Part shown: piece by piece, positions 16,901 through 29,640 of the stretch | Numbering within the stretch: position 1 is the stretch's first letter | How the letters are laid out: every line of letters begins with the position of its first letter | Position numbers and translations under genes: made by a program | The notes under the pieces: generated by a model | Seen by the model: the letters and a program-made list of their open reading frames with translations, nothing else | Told to the model about the DNA's origin: nothing | Database searches by the model: none | Source: an uncultured Solirubrobacterales bacterium | GTDB lineage: Bacteria > Actinomycetota > Thermoleophilia > Solirubrobacterales > 70-9 | DNA length: 64,000 bases | Assembly: GCA_963715455.1 (NCBI GenBank) | Contig: OY970245.1 | Location: 2,066,110 to 2,130,109 of the forward strand | Direction of reading: 5' to 3'

Positions 16901-18643
16901 GAGCTCTTTGCCCATGCCCAGGCGCTGGGCGCCTTGGCCGCTGAAGAGATAGGCGAGCTTTGCGGTTGAGAGGGCCTTGCCGGTGGCGGTGCTCGTTGAG
17001 GGCTCGCCATTGGCGAGGGCCTCGAGGCTCGCCAAGAGCTCTTCGCGCTGCTCGCCGACGACTACGGCGCGGTGCTCGAAGGCCGAGCGGGTCGTGGCCA
17101 AGGAGTAGGCGATATCGGCGGGATCGAGTTCGGGGTTGTCCTTGAGGTGCGTTGCCAGACGAGCTGCTTGCTCGGCAAGCGCCTCAGGCGATTTGGCCGA
17201 GAGGGTGAGGGGGAGCGGGCCTTGGAGGGGCTGGGATGCGGGCGCCTCTCCCCCCTCCCCGGGCTGCTGCGCCTGGGGGCCGGGGGCTGGCGGTCCCTGC
17301 TCCAAGATCAGGTGGGCGTTGGTGCCGCTGACGCTGAAGGAGGAGATGCCGGCGCGCCGCGGCCGCTCGCCAGCGAACCAGGGCTGGGGCTCGGTGAGCA
17401 GCTCGACTTGGCCGGCGTCCCAATCGACCTTCGAGGAGGGCTGGTCGACGTGCAGCGTGCGCGGCAGCACGCCACGCTGCAGCGCCAGCGTCATCTTGAT
17501 CACGCCCGCCACGCCGGCCGCCCCCTGGGTGTGACCGATGTTCGACTTGATCGAGCCGAGCCGCAAGGGCTGCTCACGGCCCTGGCCGTAGGTGGCGAGC
17601 AGGGCGCCGGCCTCGATCGGGTCGCCGAGCATCGTGCCGGTGCCGTGCGCCTCGACCGCGTCGACGTCCTGCGGCGTAAGCCGCGCGTCGGCGAGCGCCT
17701 GGCGGATGACCCGTTCCTGAGCCGGGCCGTTGGGGGCCGTGAGGCCATTCGAGGCGCCGTCCTGGTTGACGGCGCTGCCGCGAATCACAGCCAGCACCGG
17801 GTGGCCGTTGCGCTGTGCGTCGGCGAGCCGCTCGAGCACCACCACGCCGACGCCCTCGGCCCAGCCGACCCCGTCGGCCGCCTCGGCAAAGGCCTTCGAG
17901 CGTCCGTCCGGGGCGAGGCCGCGCTGGCGGCTGAAGATCACCATGCTGTTCGGCGTCGCCAGCGCGGTCACACCACCGGCCAGCGCCAGCGAGCACTCGC
18001 GCTGGCGCAGCGCCCGCGCCGCCAGGTGCGTCGCGACGAGCGAGGAGGAGCAGGCCGTGTCGACGGTGATCGCCGGACCCACCAGCCCGAGCGTGTAGGC
18101 GACCCGCCCGGAGACGATGCTGTTGGTCATGCCCGGGGTGATGCCCATCTCGGCATCGGCGTACTCCTGGTACATGACCCCGGCGAAGACCCCTACCGGC
18201 GCGCCGCGCAGGGCGCCGGGGTCGAGCGTCGCGTCTTCCAGCGCCGCCCAGGAGGCTTCCAGCAAGAGGCGCTGCTGGGGGTCCATGATGCTCGCCTCGC
18301 GTGGGCTCACACCGAAGAAGCCGGAGTCGAAGCCGGCCACGTCATCGACGAAGCCGCCCTCGCGCACATAGGTGGCGCCGGGGTGGTCGGGATCGGGGTG
18401 GTAGATCCGCTCCAGGTCCCAGCCGCGATCCCGTGGGAGGCCAACGATGCCGTCGCGGCCCTCGTCGACCAGCTCCCAGAGCTGCTCGGGCGAGCTGACG
18501 CCGCCCGGGTAGCGGCAGCTCATGCCGACGATCGCGATCGGCTCCTGTGCCTGCCTTTCCAGATCTGCGGCCCGGCGCCGCTCCTTGCGCAGGTCGACCA
18601 TCACCCGCTCCAGGTACTGGCGCAGCCTTGCCTCGTCGTTCAT
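13922..18643 (-). CDS. type I PKS, terminal module: KS-AT(malonyl type)-DH remnant-ACP-TE
   Basis: It has an N-terminal docking helix ([21 protein letters not shown]). The KS carries DTACSSS, HGTGT and NIGH. The AT carries GHSIGE...VSHAFHS. A shortened DH-like segment lacks its catalytic residues. The ACP reads [11 protein letters not shown]. The TE has GCSSGG, LLDTY and GNHFTIM. There is no KR. Confidence 0.95.
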   Translation of the reverse strand: MNDEARLRQYLERVMVDLRKERRRAADLERQAQEPIAIVGMSCRYPGGVSSPEQLWELVDEGRDGIVGLPRDRGWDLERIYHPDPDHPGATYVREGGFVDDVAGFDSGFFGVSPREASIMDPQQRLLLEASWAALEDATLDPGALRGAPVGVFAGVMYQEYADAEMGITPGMTNSIVSGRVAYTLGLVGPAITVDTACSSSLVATHLAARALRQRECSLALAGGVTALATPNSMVIFSRQRGLAPDGRSKAFAEAADGVGWAEGVGVVVLERLADAQRNGHPVLAVIRGSAVNQDGASNGLTAPNGPAQERVIRQALADARLTPQDVDAVEAHGTGTMLGDPIEAGALLATYGQGREQPLRLGSIKSNIGHTQGAAGVAGVIKMTLALQRGVLPRTLHVDQPSSKVDWDAGQVELLTEPQPWFAGERPRRAGISSFSVSGTNAHLILEQGPPAPGPQAQQPGEGGEAPASQPLQGPLPLTLSAKSPEALAEQAARLATHLKDNPELDPADIAYSLATTRSAFEHRAVVVGEQREELLASLEALANGEPSTSTATGKALSTAKLAYLFSGQGAQRLGMGKELYETHPPYTQAFDALCEALDPHLDIPLAQVLFGKDAELLDDTTYAQPALFALEVALYRLLESKGLRPELLCGHSIGELAAAHLAGVFSLPDAAKLVAARGKLMGELPSGGAMVAIGASEAEVAEAIEGKEAQLSIAAINGPSSVVISGEQQAVEALAAQFSEQGAKTKRLVVSHAFHSPLIEPMLEEFAQLANSIPYSPPQIPIVSNLTGELLSPEQATDPAYWVAHVRQPVRFTDGVKALAAQGASAYLELGPDPVLIPMAQECLDGGEAQAAFAPTLRQGRPEAQALALALATAHTAGIPIEWPSFFKGTNAKRVPLPTYPFQRQRYWLSASQGAGDPASIGLTDAAHPLLGAVVELPDDEGVVLTGRVSLQTQPWLADEMPLDAGALPGAVFVELALRAGLEAGCDSIAELSLVEPLVLPAQGAVQLRVSIASPGEGGQQRVSVHARSDADPGEAGWALHAHGLLSGEQATFAEPLQSWPQFTEISLAGELAQAAGRFGLHPALLEAGREAGRPGAEEGARSRAVSWRGVRLYRPGVASLRVCGADEEGGGFVAYEPGGAPILSVEAIVVEPLAEEVPDMVDQRQAAPTDSVGSGVRRQRSHGSLAQRLAAMSTEEREASLLELVRQQAATLLGHASPEDIEPEQKLLELGFDSVGAMELRKRVIAASGANLPVAVLASQPSVAEIAQHLLAELEGTVSAGAAAGPPSTFLTLLQGAEEDGDAVELVELIGAASRFRGSFDAAAAPQQAPQPIVLAEGEETPELFLFPSIMAISGPLEYVRFARRFRGRRRAVAVPAPGFLAGELLPDSVEALALALAETILTSERREGAALVGCSSGGWLAHAVAERLESLGMTPAAVVLLDTYLSEDGGLGWLTPSLMRSLFSADQEVLPLDDNRLTAMMAYFRLFADWRPAELSAPVILARASQPMSTMEDDDPDRWQAAWDLPHTAIDVPGNHFTIMTEHADATAQAVEDALGVTLGGVTAGVQAR
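13925..14640 (-). other. thioesterase domain of the terminal PKS module
   Basis: The domain runs [15 protein letters not shown]...[12 protein letters not shown] (Ser codon 14387-14389)...VVLLDTY...VPGNHFTIM, an alpha/beta-hydrolase type I TE at the C-terminus. Confidence 0.85.
15180..15860 (-). other. degenerate, shortened DH-like domain (predicted inactive)
   Basis: It begins [10 protein letters not shown], but the HxxxGxxxxP motif reads [17 protein letters not shown], with Glu (codon 15758-15760) in place of the catalytic His. The GYxYGPxF block is deleted. [10 protein letters not shown] is replaced by [10 protein letters not shown]. It is about 226 aa, whereas the roughly 290-aa figure for the other DHs in this cluster was estimated rather than counted. 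Confidence 0.8.
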
Positions 18644-21600
18644 CCCGCCCCCAGCTCCTCGTCGATCAGCTCGAACATCTCCTCGTGCGACATCGCGCCG
18701 AGGTCTTCGCCCCCCTCGTCTTCTCCCCCGACGCCATCGCCCGTCGCCGAGAGGTCGGCGAGCAGGCCGCGCAGGCCGGCGTCGAGCAGGCCGCGGACCC
18801 GCTCGTCGGAGCGTGCCGCGGGCAGCATCTCGGTAAGCCTGGCGAGCACCTCAGCCGCCTCGCGCTCGCCACCCCCCGCGCGCCCCTCGCCACCGGCCGC
18901 CACGCCGACCTCGCCGATCAGGTGCTTGGCGACAGCCGCCGTGGAGGGGTGATCGAAGACCAGGGTCGGCGGCAGGCGCAGGCCGGTGGCGACGTTGAGT
19001 CGGTTGCGCAGCTCGACCGCCGCCAGCGAGTCGAAGCCAAGGTCCATGAAGGCCGCTTGCGGCTGGATCCCCTCGCTGGAGGCATGGCCGAGCACCGCGG
19101 CGACGTGACCGCGAACCAGCTCGAGCACGACCCGGTCCCACTCCTCCTCGGGCACGTCCGCGAGGCGCTTGGCCAGCGAGCCCCGTTCGGGCGCCTGGGC
19201 CGAGGAGCCCACCACGCTGCGCAGGATCGCCGGCAGGGCCCCGGCCGCTGCCTGGCCGCGCAGCCCGGCGCGGTCGAGACCGACCGGGACGAGCAGCGGC
19301 GCGCTGCGCTCAAGCGCCAGGTCGAAGAGACCGAGGCCTTGATCTGGATCGAGCGGGCGGATGCCGAAGCGAGCGGCGCGCTGCAGATCTGCCTCTTCGA
19401 GCTTGCCGGTCATGCCGGTCTCCTGCGCCCAGGCGCCCCAGGCCAGCGAGGTGGCCGGCAACCCCTGCGCCTGGCGCTGCGCAGCGAGCCCGTCGAGGAA
19501 GGCATTGGCCGCGGCGTAGTTGGCCTGGCCGGGAGTGCCGAGGATCCCGGCGAAGGAGGAGAAGAGCAGGAAATGGGAGAGCTGGCGCTCGGCGGTCAGC
19601 TCGTGCAGGCTCCAGGCGGCGTCGACCTTCGGCCTGAGCACCTGCGCCAGCCGCTCGGCGTCGAGCGCTTCCAGCAGGCCGTCTTCGAGCACGCCCGCGG
19701 CGTGGACCACGACACCAAGCGGCTGCTCGGGCGGGATCGTTTCGAGCAACTCGGCCAGCTGGGCGCGGTCGGCCACATCGCAGGCGGCGATCTGGGCGCT
19801 GGCGCCCAGCTCCTGCAGCTCGGCCTGCAGCTCGGCGGCGCCGGCCGCTGCCACACCGCTGCGACTGACGAGCAGCAGGTGGCGGACGCCGTGCTCGGCC
19901 GCCAGGTGGCGGGCGAGCAGGGCGCCGAGGCCGCTCGTGCCACCCGTGATCAGCACGGTCGCCTCCGGGTCGAGGGGCTGATTGCTCGCACCCTCGGGGT
20001 CGGTGCCTGCCCGGGAAAGTCGCGGCACCAGCAGGCGACCGGCGCGGACCGCCAGCTGGGGCTCGTCGAGGCTGGCGGCCAGCGCCGCCGGCAGGACGGC
20101 CAGCGAGTCCTCTTCGTCGTCGAGGTCGAGCAGGGCGAAGCGGTCGGGGTGCTCGTTCTGGGCGGAGCGCACCAGGCCCCAGATCAAGGCCGTGGTGAGG
20201 TCGGGGCACTCGCCCTCGCCAGCCGTCACAGCGCGGCTCGTTTGAATGCAGAGGCGGCTGTGCCTGAGGCGCTCCTCGGTCAGCCAGCGCTGCAGCAGCT
20301 CGAGCACCTCGCGAGCGCTGGCGTGCGCCCCGGCCGCCACGTCCTCGTCCTGGGGGCGGAGGGCGACGACGACCAACTCGGGAGCGCTCTCCTCGCTCGC
20401 GGTGAGCAGCGCCTCGAGATCGGCGTAGCGCTCGGCCGCCAGGCCCTCGCCAGCCTGCTCGCCGATGAGGCCCACGCGGGGCGACTCGGCGCCGTTCGAC
20501 GCTTGGGCCGGCGCGTCGATCCACTCGATCTCGTAGAGCGGCGGGCGGCCGCGGGCACCGCTGCGCAAGGCGTCGCGGTCGACGGCGCGCACGTCCAACG
20601 ACTCGATCGAGGCGACCGGGTCGCCCGCTGCATCGAAAGCGCGCAGGCCGCGGCCGCCGGTGTCGATACGCACCCGCAGGCTGGCGGCACCGCGCGAGGC
20701 GACCTGCACCCCACGCCAGGCGAAGGGCACGACGAGATCGGCCTCGCCCTCGCCTGCCCGGCCGCTGAGGGCGAGGCCGGCACCGGTATGCAGGGCGGCG
20801 TCGAGCAGCGCCGGGTGCAGGTGGAAGCGCTGCGCCTCCTGGCCCTGCTCCGCGGGCAGCGAGAGCTCGACCAGCAGCTGCTCGCCACTGCGCCAAGCCG
20901 CCTTCACGCCCTGGAAGGTGGGCCCGTACTCGAAGCCCTGCTCGGCGAGCTGCTCGTAGAGGTCTGCGACATCGAGTGGCTCGGCCCCCTCCGGGGGCCA
21001 GGCGGTCAGCGGGCCAATGCTGCCGCGCGCCGCCTGGGCCAACACCCCCTGGGCGTTGCAGGTCCAGGCGGCCGCCTCTCCGGGGCCCTGCTCGTCATCG
21101 GCCTCGGCCCGCGAGTGGATCGTCACCGGCCGCTGCCCATCGCCGTCCGGGGCCCCCACCGAGACCTGGACCTGCACCGCCCCCCGCTCGGGCAGCACCA
21201 GCGGCGCTTGCAGGGTGAGCTCCTCAAGCCGCTCGGCGCCCACCTCGCTGCCGGCGCGCAGGGCCAGCTCGACCAGCGCCGTGCCCGGCGCGAGGACGAT
21301 GCCGCCCAGGGCGTGATCGCCGAGCCAGGGATGGGTGCGCAGCGAGAGGCTGCCGGTGAGCAAGACCTGCTCTCCGCCGGCGAGCGCCAGCCGCGCCCCG
21401 AGCAACGGGTGATTGGCGGATGCCTGCCCCAGGGCACTCGGGTCGCCGCTCCCCTGGGAGGCGCTGTCGAGCCAGTAGCGCTGGCGCTGGAAGGGATAGG
21501 TGGGCAGCGGCACCCGCTTGGCATCGGCGCCGGCGAAAAGCGCCTCCCAGTCGAGCTCGCTGCCGCGCACGTGGGCCACGGCAAGGGCCTGCTGGAGCGT

Positions 21601-24186
21601 GCCCTGCGCCGCCCGGCCCTTGCGCAGGGCAGAAGCAAAGGCCAGGCCATCGGCCGACTCATCGGCCTGGCTCGCGAGGCACTCCTGGGCCATCGCGCTG
21701 AGCACCGCGTCCGGCCCCAGCTCGAGGAAGGTGCTGGCGCCCTCGGCGCGCAGCGTGGCGACCGCGTCGGCGAAGCGCACCGGCTCGCGCACGTGGGCCA
21801 CCCAGTAGGCGGGATCGGTGGCCTGCTCGGCGCTCAGCAAGCCGCCGGTCAGGTTGGAGACGATCGTCAGCTGCGGCGCCCTGTAATCGAGCTGGCGCGC
21901 GACCGCCTCGAACTCGGCCAGCATCGGCTCGATCAGGGGTGAGTGGAAGGCGTGGCTGACGGCGAGCCGCTTGGTCTTGCGGCCGCGCTCGGCCCAGACC
22001 GCCTCGAGCTGCTCGATCGCCGCGGCGGCACCGGAGAGCACCACCGAGCCGGGGGCGTTGATCGCGGCGATCGCCAGCTCGGCCTCCTTGCCGGCGATCG
22101 AGTCCGTCGCTTCTGCCTCGCTGGCCTGCACGGCGAGCATCGCACCGCCGGCGGGCAGGGCGCCCATCAGCCTGCCCCTGGCGGCGACCAGCTGGGCCGC
22201 GTCGGCCAGCGAGAGAACGCCGGCCAGATGCGCGGCGACGAGCTCGCCGATCGAGTGCCCGGCGAGCAGCTTGGGGGCCAGGCCAAAGGACTCGAGCAGG
22301 CGGAAAAGGGCCAGCTCGAGCGCGAAGAGGGCCGGCTGGGCATAGGTCGTGTCGTCGAGCAGGGGCGCGGGCTCCTCCCCCTCGGCGAAGACCAGGGCGG
22401 CCAGCGAGTCGATCTCGAGCCGCGGATCGAGCTGCTCGCAGGCCCCATCGAAAGCGGCGGCAAAGGCCGGGTAGGCGGTGTAGAGCTCTTGCCCCATGCC
22501 GGCACGCTGCGAGCCCTGGCCGCTGAAGAGGTAGGCGAGCTTGCCCCCCTGCTTCGCCCAACCGCGAGCGATCCCGTCCGGCTCCTGCCGCTGCAGGGCG
22601 GCGAGGCCGGCGAGCAGCTCGGCGCGGTTCTCGCCGACCAGCGCGGCGCGCTGCTCGAGCGCGGCGCGCGTCGTCGCCTGCGAGTAGGCGAGGTCGGCGA
22701 TCTCCAGCTCGGGGTCCTCGCCGAGCCGCTGCGTGAGCCGCTCGGCGACGGCGGCGAGCGCCACCTCGTCCTTCGCCGAGACCGGCAGGAGGAGCGGCCC
22801 GCGGTCGTCGCCGTTGCGCTCCCCGCTGCCCTGCTCGGGGTCTGCGGACGGCGCCTGCTCGAGGATCAGGTGGGCGTTGGTGCCGCTCACCCCGAAGGAG
22901 GAGATCGCCGCGCGCCGCGGGCGGCCGTTCTCCGGCCAGGGCTGCGCCTCGCCCAGCAGCTCGACCCTGCCGGCCGACCACTCGACTTTCGAGCTGGGCG
23001 CGTCGAGGTGCAGGGTCTGCGGCAACAGCCCCTCGCGCAACGCCATCGTCATCTTGATCACGCCGCCGACGCCGGCGGCGGCCTGGGCGTGGCCGATGTT
23101 CGACTTGAGCGAGCCGAGGCGCAGCGGCTGCTCGCGCTCCTGGCCGTAGGTGGCGAGCAGGGCGCCCGCCTCGATCGGGTCGCCGAGCACGGTGCCGGTG
23201 CCGTGCGCCTCGACCGCGTCGACGTCCTTCGCCTCGAGGCCGGCGCTGGCCAGCGCCTGGCGGATGACCCGCTCCTGCGAGGGCCCATTGGGGGCGGTGA
23301 GCCCGTTCGAGGCGCCGTCCTGGTTGACCGCCGAGCCGCGGATCACGGCCAACACCGGGTGGCCGTTGCGCTGCGCGTCGGCAAGCCGCTCGAGCACGAG
23401 CACGCCGACCCCCTCGGCGATGCCGGTGCCGTCGGCCGCCTCGCTGAACGACTTGCAGCGACCGTCGGGGGAGAGGCCGCGCTGGGCGCTGAAGAAGAGG
23501 AAGGCGCCGGGAGTGGCGAGCACGGTGACGCCGCCGGCGAGGGCCAGCGAGCACTCGCCGCTGCGCAGCGCTTGGGCAGCGAGGTGGGTGGCGACCAACG
23601 AGGAAGAGCAGGCGGTGTCGAGCGTCACCGCCGGGCCCTCGAGCCCCAGCGTGTAAGCGATGCGACCGGAGACGCCGCTCGAGGTGAGCCCGGCGATCAT
23701 GCCGTACTCCTGCAGCATCGAGCCGGCGAAGACCCCGGTGCGCGAGCCGCGCAGCGCCGGCGGCGGGATCGCCGCGTCCTCGAGCGCCTCCCAGGTGGCT
23801 TCCAGGAGCAGCCGTTCCTGGGGGTCGACCATCGCCGCCTCGCGCGGGCTGATGCCGAAGAAGCCGGGGTCGAACTCGGTGGCGGTGGCGAGGAAACCGC
23901 CCTCGCGCGCGTAGCTGGTGCCGCTGCTCGCCGGGTTCGGGTCGTAGAGGCGCTCGAGGTCCCAGCCGCGGTCCTCGGGGAAGGGCGCGATCGCGTCGCG
24001 GCCGGCGGCGACCAGCTCCCAGAGGTCGGCCGGCGAGTCGGCGCCGCCCGGATAGCGGCAGCTCATGCCGACGATCGCGATCGGCTCCCGTGCCCCCTGC
24101 TCGAGCTCCTCGACCCGGCGGTGCGCCTTGCGCAGGTCGAGCGTCAGCTTCTCAAGGTATTGGCGCAGCTTGGCCTCGTTGCTCAT
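18640..24186 (-). CDS. type I PKS, one module: KS-AT(malonyl type)-DH-KR-ACP
   Basis: It has the N-terminal docking helix [18 protein letters not shown]. Motifs: KS DTACSSS/HGTGT/NIGH; AT GHSIGE...VSHAFHS; [34 protein letters not shown]; [10 protein letters not shown]...VLED...YAAANA; [14 protein letters not shown]. The C-terminal docking tail is [17 protein letters not shown]. Confidence 0.96.
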   Translation of the reverse strand: MSNEAKLRQYLEKLTLDLRKAHRRVEELEQGAREPIAIVGMSCRYPGGADSPADLWELVAAGRDAIAPFPEDRGWDLERLYDPNPASSGTSYAREGGFLATATEFDPGFFGISPREAAMVDPQERLLLEATWEALEDAAIPPPALRGSRTGVFAGSMLQEYGMIAGLTSSGVSGRIAYTLGLEGPAVTLDTACSSSLVATHLAAQALRSGECSLALAGGVTVLATPGAFLFFSAQRGLSPDGRCKSFSEAADGTGIAEGVGVLVLERLADAQRNGHPVLAVIRGSAVNQDGASNGLTAPNGPSQERVIRQALASAGLEAKDVDAVEAHGTGTVLGDPIEAGALLATYGQEREQPLRLGSLKSNIGHAQAAAGVGGVIKMTMALREGLLPQTLHLDAPSSKVEWSAGRVELLGEAQPWPENGRPRRAAISSFGVSGTNAHLILEQAPSADPEQGSGERNGDDRGPLLLPVSAKDEVALAAVAERLTQRLGEDPELEIADLAYSQATTRAALEQRAALVGENRAELLAGLAALQRQEPDGIARGWAKQGGKLAYLFSGQGSQRAGMGQELYTAYPAFAAAFDGACEQLDPRLEIDSLAALVFAEGEEPAPLLDDTTYAQPALFALELALFRLLESFGLAPKLLAGHSIGELVAAHLAGVLSLADAAQLVAARGRLMGALPAGGAMLAVQASEAEATDSIAGKEAELAIAAINAPGSVVLSGAAAAIEQLEAVWAERGRKTKRLAVSHAFHSPLIEPMLAEFEAVARQLDYRAPQLTIVSNLTGGLLSAEQATDPAYWVAHVREPVRFADAVATLRAEGASTFLELGPDAVLSAMAQECLASQADESADGLAFASALRKGRAAQGTLQQALAVAHVRGSELDWEALFAGADAKRVPLPTYPFQRQRYWLDSASQGSGDPSALGQASANHPLLGARLALAGGEQVLLTGSLSLRTHPWLGDHALGGIVLAPGTALVELALRAGSEVGAERLEELTLQAPLVLPERGAVQVQVSVGAPDGDGQRPVTIHSRAEADDEQGPGEAAAWTCNAQGVLAQAARGSIGPLTAWPPEGAEPLDVADLYEQLAEQGFEYGPTFQGVKAAWRSGEQLLVELSLPAEQGQEAQRFHLHPALLDAALHTGAGLALSGRAGEGEADLVVPFAWRGVQVASRGAASLRVRIDTGGRGLRAFDAAGDPVASIESLDVRAVDRDALRSGARGRPPLYEIEWIDAPAQASNGAESPRVGLIGEQAGEGLAAERYADLEALLTASEESAPELVVVALRPQDEDVAAGAHASAREVLELLQRWLTEERLRHSRLCIQTSRAVTAGEGECPDLTTALIWGLVRSAQNEHPDRFALLDLDDEEDSLAVLPAALAASLDEPQLAVRAGRLLVPRLSRAGTDPEGASNQPLDPEATVLITGGTSGLGALLARHLAAEHGVRHLLLVSRSGVAAAGAAELQAELQELGASAQIAACDVADRAQLAELLETIPPEQPLGVVVHAAGVLEDGLLEALDAERLAQVLRPKVDAAWSLHELTAERQLSHFLLFSSFAGILGTPGQANYAAANAFLDGLAAQRQAQGLPATSLAWGAWAQETGMTGKLEEADLQRAARFGIRPLDPDQGLGLFDLALERSAPLLVPVGLDRAGLRGQAAAGALPAILRSVVGSSAQAPERGSLAKRLADVPEEEWDRVVLELVRGHVAAVLGHASSEGIQPQAAFMDLGFDSLAAVELRNRLNVATGLRLPPTLVFDHPSTAAVAKHLIGEVGVAAGGEGRAGGGEREAAEVLARLTEMLPAARSDERVRGLLDAGLRGLLADLSATGDGVGGEDEGGEDLGAMSHEEMFELIDEELGAG

Positions 24187-27100
24187 CGGGCCTCGTCCCC
24201 CCCGAACTCCTGGTCGATCAGCTCGAACATCTCCTCGTGCGACATCGCTTCGAGCCCCTCGACCGGGGCCTCGTCGCCGGGCTCGACACCGCCGAGCTCG
24301 ACGAGCAGGGAACGCAGCCGGGCGCTGACCCGCTCCCGGGCCTCAGCGTCCGCCTTGACCGAGGCGAGCATCCCCTCGAGGCCCGCGATCGCCTCGCGCA
24401 ACTCGGCCTCCTGCAGCTGGCGTGCGGCGCTGGCGCTGTCCGGAGCGACCTCACCGACCAGATAGCCGGCCAGCGCCGCCGCGGTCGGATAGTCGAAGAC
24501 CAGCGTCGGCGCGAGACGCATGCCGGTCGCCGCGCCCAGCCGGTTGCGCAGTTCAACCGCTGCCAGCGAATCGAAGCCGAGCTCCTGGAAGGGCCGCTCG
24601 GGATCGACCTCGGCACCCGACTCGTGGCCGAGCACGGCGGCGATGTGGCCGCGGATCAGGTCGAGGGTCACCGTCTCGCGCTCCGCCTCGGGGACCCCGG
24701 CAAGCAGCTTGACCAGCGAGCCCCGCTCGACCTGGGCGTCGCGGGGCACGCGCACGATGCCGCGCAGGATCGCCGGCAGCGTCCCCGCCCGCGCGCGGGC
24801 GTGCAGCGCGGCGCCGTCGAGCTGGGCGGGGACGAGCAGCGACTCGTCCAGCTCGCCGGCCGCCTCGAAAAGGTCAAGGCCTTGGCTCGGCGACATCGGA
24901 ATCAGGCCAAGACGTGCGCGGACCTGTTGGATCGCACGGTCCAGCTCGGCCTCGGCGCCGCTCACCATGCCGCTCTCCAACGCCCAGCCCCCCCAGGCCA
25001 GCGAGGTGGCCGGCAGGCCCCGTGCCTGGCGATGGGCGGCGAGCGCGTCGAGGAAGCTGTTGGCCGCCGCGTAGTTGGCCTGGCCGGGGGCGCCGAGCAC
25101 CCCGGCGAAGGATGAGAAGAGCAGGAAATGGGAGAGCTGGCGCTCGGCGGTCAGCTCGTGCAGGTTCCAAGCGGCGTCGGCCTTCGGCGCCAGGACGCGC
25201 TCGAGGCGCTCGCGATCGAGCGACTCGAGCATGCCGTCGTCGAGCACGCCAGCCGAGTGGAGCACCGCGCCGAGCGGCCGCTCAGCCGGGATCGAGTCGA
25301 ACAGCTCGGCCAGCTGGGCGCGGTCGGCGACGTCGCAGGCGGCGATTTCGACAGCGGCGCCCAGCTCCTGAAGCTCGGCCTGCAGCTCGCCGGCGTCGGC
25401 CGCTGCCGCGCCGCTGCGGCTGACGAGCAGCAAGTGACGGACGCCGTGCTCGGCCACCAGGTGACGCGCGAACAGAGCGCCGAGGCCGCTGGTGCCGCCG
25501 CTGATCAAGACGGTCGCCTCGGGGTCGAAGGCGGGCCCGGCCGCCGCCTCAGGGTCGCTGCTCGCCCGGGCCAGTCGCGGCGCCAGCAGCTCTCCGTCAC
25601 GCAGGGCGATCTGGGGCTCCTCGGCGACGGCGGCGAGCGCCTTCGCGAGCGCCGCTGCCGAGGCCTCGCTGCCGTCGTCGTCGATCAGCGCGAAGCGACC
25701 GGGGTGCTCGGACTGAGCGGAGCGCAGCAGCCCCCAGAGCGCCGCCGTTCCCAGGTCGGGATCCTCATCCCCACGAGCGGCGACGGCACCCTCGGTGAGC
25801 AGCACCAGCTGCGACTCGGCCAGCTCCGCAGCCGCGATCCAAGCCTGGGCCAGCGCCAGAACCGCAGCCAGGTTGGCGTGGCAGGCCGCCAGGGCATCGC
25901 GCCCTGCGGCGGGCCGCATCGCTGCGATGACCAGCTCGGGGGCCGGCGCCCCCGCCTCGATCGCCGCGAGCAGCGCCGCCAGGTCGACGTGCAGCTCGGC
26001 CTCGGCCAACCCCGGCAGCGCCGCCTCGCCGAGCACGGCCAGGCCCTCGGGGGGGGCCGCGGCAAGACGCTGAACCGGGGGCTGCCACTCGAGCCGATAG
26101 AGCGAACGGCGGTCGCGGGCCAGCGCCTGCAACTGGCTGCGCTCTACCGGCTGCAGGGTGACAGCATCGACGCTGATCACCGGGGAGCCGCCGGCGTCGA
26201 CGGCAACCAAGCCGCCACCCTCGGCGCTTAGATCGAACCGCACCCGCAGGGCGGCAGAGCCGTTGGCAGCGAGGCGCACGCCGTGCCAGGCAAAGGGCAG
26301 GGCAAGCGTGTCCGGGTCACCCCCCTCGGCGGCGATCGCCAGGTCGACGGCGACGTGGCCGGCGGCGTCGAGCAATGCCGGGTGCAGGCCGAAACGCCCT
26401 GCCTGCTCGCTTTGCTCCTCGGGCAGCGAAAGCTCCGCGAAAGCCTCCTCCCCGCGGCGCCAGGCCGCCTTGACGCATTGAAAGGCGGGTCCGTACTCGA
26501 TGCCGCGCTCGGCCAGGCGCTCGTAGAGCTGCTCGACCTCGAGCGGCTCCGCCTCCGGAGGCGGCCAGGCCGACGTCGCCAGCCCTTGCAGACGGGGGTC
26601 GGCGCCGGCCTCGAATGGGGCGAGCAGCCCCATCGCGTGCTGGGTCCACTCTCCCGGACCCTCACCGTCGGCCCCCGATTGGGGGCGCGAGTGGATCGTC
26701 ACCTCGCGTCGGCCCGCTTCGTCGGCGCCACTCACGCCGACCTGGACCTGCACCCCGCCTCGCTCGGGTAGCACCAGCGGCGCCTGCAGGGTGAGCTCCT
26801 CGAGCAGCTCGCAGCCGACCTCGACCCCGGCGCGCAGGGCCAGCTCGAGCAGCGCCGTGCCGGGCAGCAGCACGGTGTCGAAGACAGCGTGGTCGGCCAG
26901 CCAGGGGTGGGTCTGCAGTGAGATGCGCCCGCTGAGCGTGCACTCCTCCGATGCCGGCGACTCGATCGCCGCGGCCAACAGCGGGTGAGCGGCGTCGGCG
27001 AGCCCGGCGGCGCTCAGGTCGCCACCCAACTCCGCGGCGGAGAGCCAGTAGCGCTGGCGCTGGAAGGGATAGGTGGGCAGCGGCACGCGAGCGGCACCGC

Positions 27101-29640
27101 GACCCGCGAAGAAGGCCTCCCAGTCGAGCTTGGCCCCGGCGGCGTGGGCGGTGGCGAGCGCGGCGGTCAGCGACCCGGCCTCGGCCTCGGCCTGGCGCAG
27201 GGTCGGTGCGAAGCTGGCCTTCTCGCTGTCGAGGCACTCCTGGGCCATCGGGGTCAGCACCGGGTCCGGGCCGAGCTCCAGGTAGGCCGTGGCCCCCTGC
27301 TCGGCGAGCGCCTTGACGCCGTCCATGAAGCGCACCGGCGCTCGCACGTGGGAGACCCAGTACTCGGGGTCGGCGGCCTGCTCGGCGCTGAGCAGCTCGC
27401 CGCTGAGGTTGGAGACGACGGGGATCTGCGGCTCGCCGCAGGAGATCGAGCTGGCCACCTTGCGGAACTCGTCGAGCATCGGCTCGATCAGAGGCGAGTG
27501 GAAGGCGTGGGAGACGGCGAGGCGCTTGGTCTTGGCGCCGTTCTCACTGAGCTGGGCGGCGATCTCCTCGACGGCTTCCCCCTCTCCGGAGATGACAACG
27601 GAGCCGGGGCCGTTGATCGCCGCGATCGAGACCTCGCTCTCTCGGTCGGCGATCGCCGCGGCCACCTCCTGCTCGGCGGCCCCGATGGCGACCATCGCCC
27701 CGCCCTTGGGCAGCGCCCCCATCAGCTTGCCCCGGGCGGCGACCAGCTTGGCGGCGTGCTCGAGGGAAAAGACGCCGGCGAGGTGGGCGGCGGTCAGCTC
27801 GCCGATCGAGTGGCCGCAGAGCAGGTCCGGCGTGAGGCCCCGACCCTCCAAGGAGCGGTAGAGGGCCAGCTCGACCGCGAAGAGCGCCGGTTGGGCGTAG
27901 GTGGTGTCGTCGAGGCGCTCGGCGTCATCGCCGAAGACGACTTCCTTCAGCGGCAGGTCGAGGTGTGGGTCGAGCGCCTCGCAGGCGGCGTCGAAGACCT
28001 CGGTGTAGGTGGGGCTGCTCTCGTAGAGCTCCCTGCCCATGCCGAGGCGCTGGCAGCCCTGGCCAGAGAAGAGATAGGCGAGCTTTGCGCTGCCGAGCGC
28101 CACGCCTTGCACGGTGTTTGCGCCCAGCTCGCCCCCAGCGATGGAGTCGAGCCCGGCGAGCAGTTCCTCGCGGCGCTCGCCGATGACCACGGCCCGCTGC
28201 TCGAAGCTGGGTCGCGTCGTCGCCAGCGAGTAGGCGAGGTCGAGCGGCGCCAGCTCGGGGTCGGCATCGAGCTCGGCGCCGAGCCGGGCGGCGGCCTCTC
28301 GCAACGCCGGCTCGCTCCTCGCCGAGAGCACCAGCGGCACGGGGCCAGCGGCCTCTGGAGGGGGCTCCTCGCTCACGGGCAAGGCGGGAGCAGCCGCCTC
28401 GAGGATCAGATGGGCGTTGGTGCCGCTCGCCCCGAACGACGAGACCCCGGCGCGGCGTGGCCGGCCGTTGGCCGACCAGGGCTGCTCCTCAGCGAGCAGC
28501 TCGACCTGACCGCGCTGCCATTCGACCTTGGTCGACGGGCTGTCGACGTGCAGCGTCTTCGGCATGACGCCCTCGCGCATCGCCAGCACCGTCTTGATCA
28601 CCCCGGCCACCCCGGCAGCCGCCTGGGCGTGGCCGATGTTGGACTTGACCGAGCCCAAGCGCAGCGGGGCCTCCCTCTCCTGGCCGTAGGTGCCGAGCAG
28701 GGCCCCCGCCTCGATCGGGTCGCCGAGCATCGTGCCTGTGCCGTGCGCCTCGACCAGGTCGACCTCGCCCGGCGCCAGGCCGGCGTTGGCGAGCGCCTGG
28801 CGAATCACCCGTTCCTGCGAGGGCCCGTTGGGGGCGCTGAAGCCGTTCGAGGCACCGTCCTGGTTGACCGCCGAGCCGCGGATCGTGGCCAGCACCGGGT
28901 GGCCGTGGCGTTCAGCGTCGGAGAGCCGCTCGAGCAGCACGACACCACTGCCCTCGCCGATGCCGGTGCCGTCCGCCGCCTCGGCGAAGGGCTTGCAGCG
29001 ACCGTCCGGGGCGAGGGCCCGCTGGCGGCTGAAGAAGGCAAAGATGCCCGGCGTCGAGAGCACCGTGACACCGCCGGCGAGGGCGACCTCGCACTCGCCT
29101 CCGCGCAGCGCCTGCGCCGCCAGGTGGATGGCGACCAGCGAGGAGGAGCAGGCCGTGTCGACGGTGATCGCCGGACCCTCGAAGCCAAAGGTGTAGGAGA
29201 CCCGCCCGGAGACGCCGCTCGAGGTCATCCCCGCCCCGTAGTCGGCGACGCCATAGTCCTGGTACATCACCCCGGCGAAGACACCGGCGCTGCTGCCCTG
29301 CAGCGCGCGCGGATCGAGGCCGCCGTCTTCGAGCGCCTCCCAGCAGGTTTCCAGCAACGCCCTTTCCTGCGGGTCCATGCCCAGCGCCTCGCGCGGGCTG
29401 ATGCCGAAGAAGCTGGGGTCGAAGCGCGGCGCGTCGTAGACGAAACCGCCCTCGCGGGCGTAGCTGCTGCCCAGCCGGTCGGGGTCGGGATCGAAGAGCC
29501 GATCGAGGTCCCAACCGCGATCCTCGGGGAAGGCGGCGATCGCGTCCTCGCCGCGGGCGACCAGCTCCCAGAGCGCCGCCGGCGAGTCGGCGCCGCCAGG
29601 GAAGCGGCAGGCCATGCCGACGATCGCGATCGGCTCCGCC
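24183..29640 (-). other. PKS module C2: KS-AT(GHSIGE / HAFH)-DH([10 protein letters not shown])-KR(LDD)-ACP-docking tail
   Basis: The KS starts at [16 protein letters not shown] (Glu codon 29634-29636). The DH motif carries Asp instead of the conserved Gly (codon 26877-26879). Confidence 0.85.

Noticed and set aside
18547-21942. Very long plus-strand ORFs across the PKS region (for example 18547..21942, 21943..24465, 26985..30896, 35984..40408, 44268..47945, 58617..60545)
   Set aside because: They are shadow frames opposite the minus-strand PKS genes. Stop codons are rare in DNA this GC-rich. Their translations are low-complexity Arg/Gly/Ala/Leu strings with no domain motifs, while the minus strand shows complete PKS motif sets and GC3 bias.
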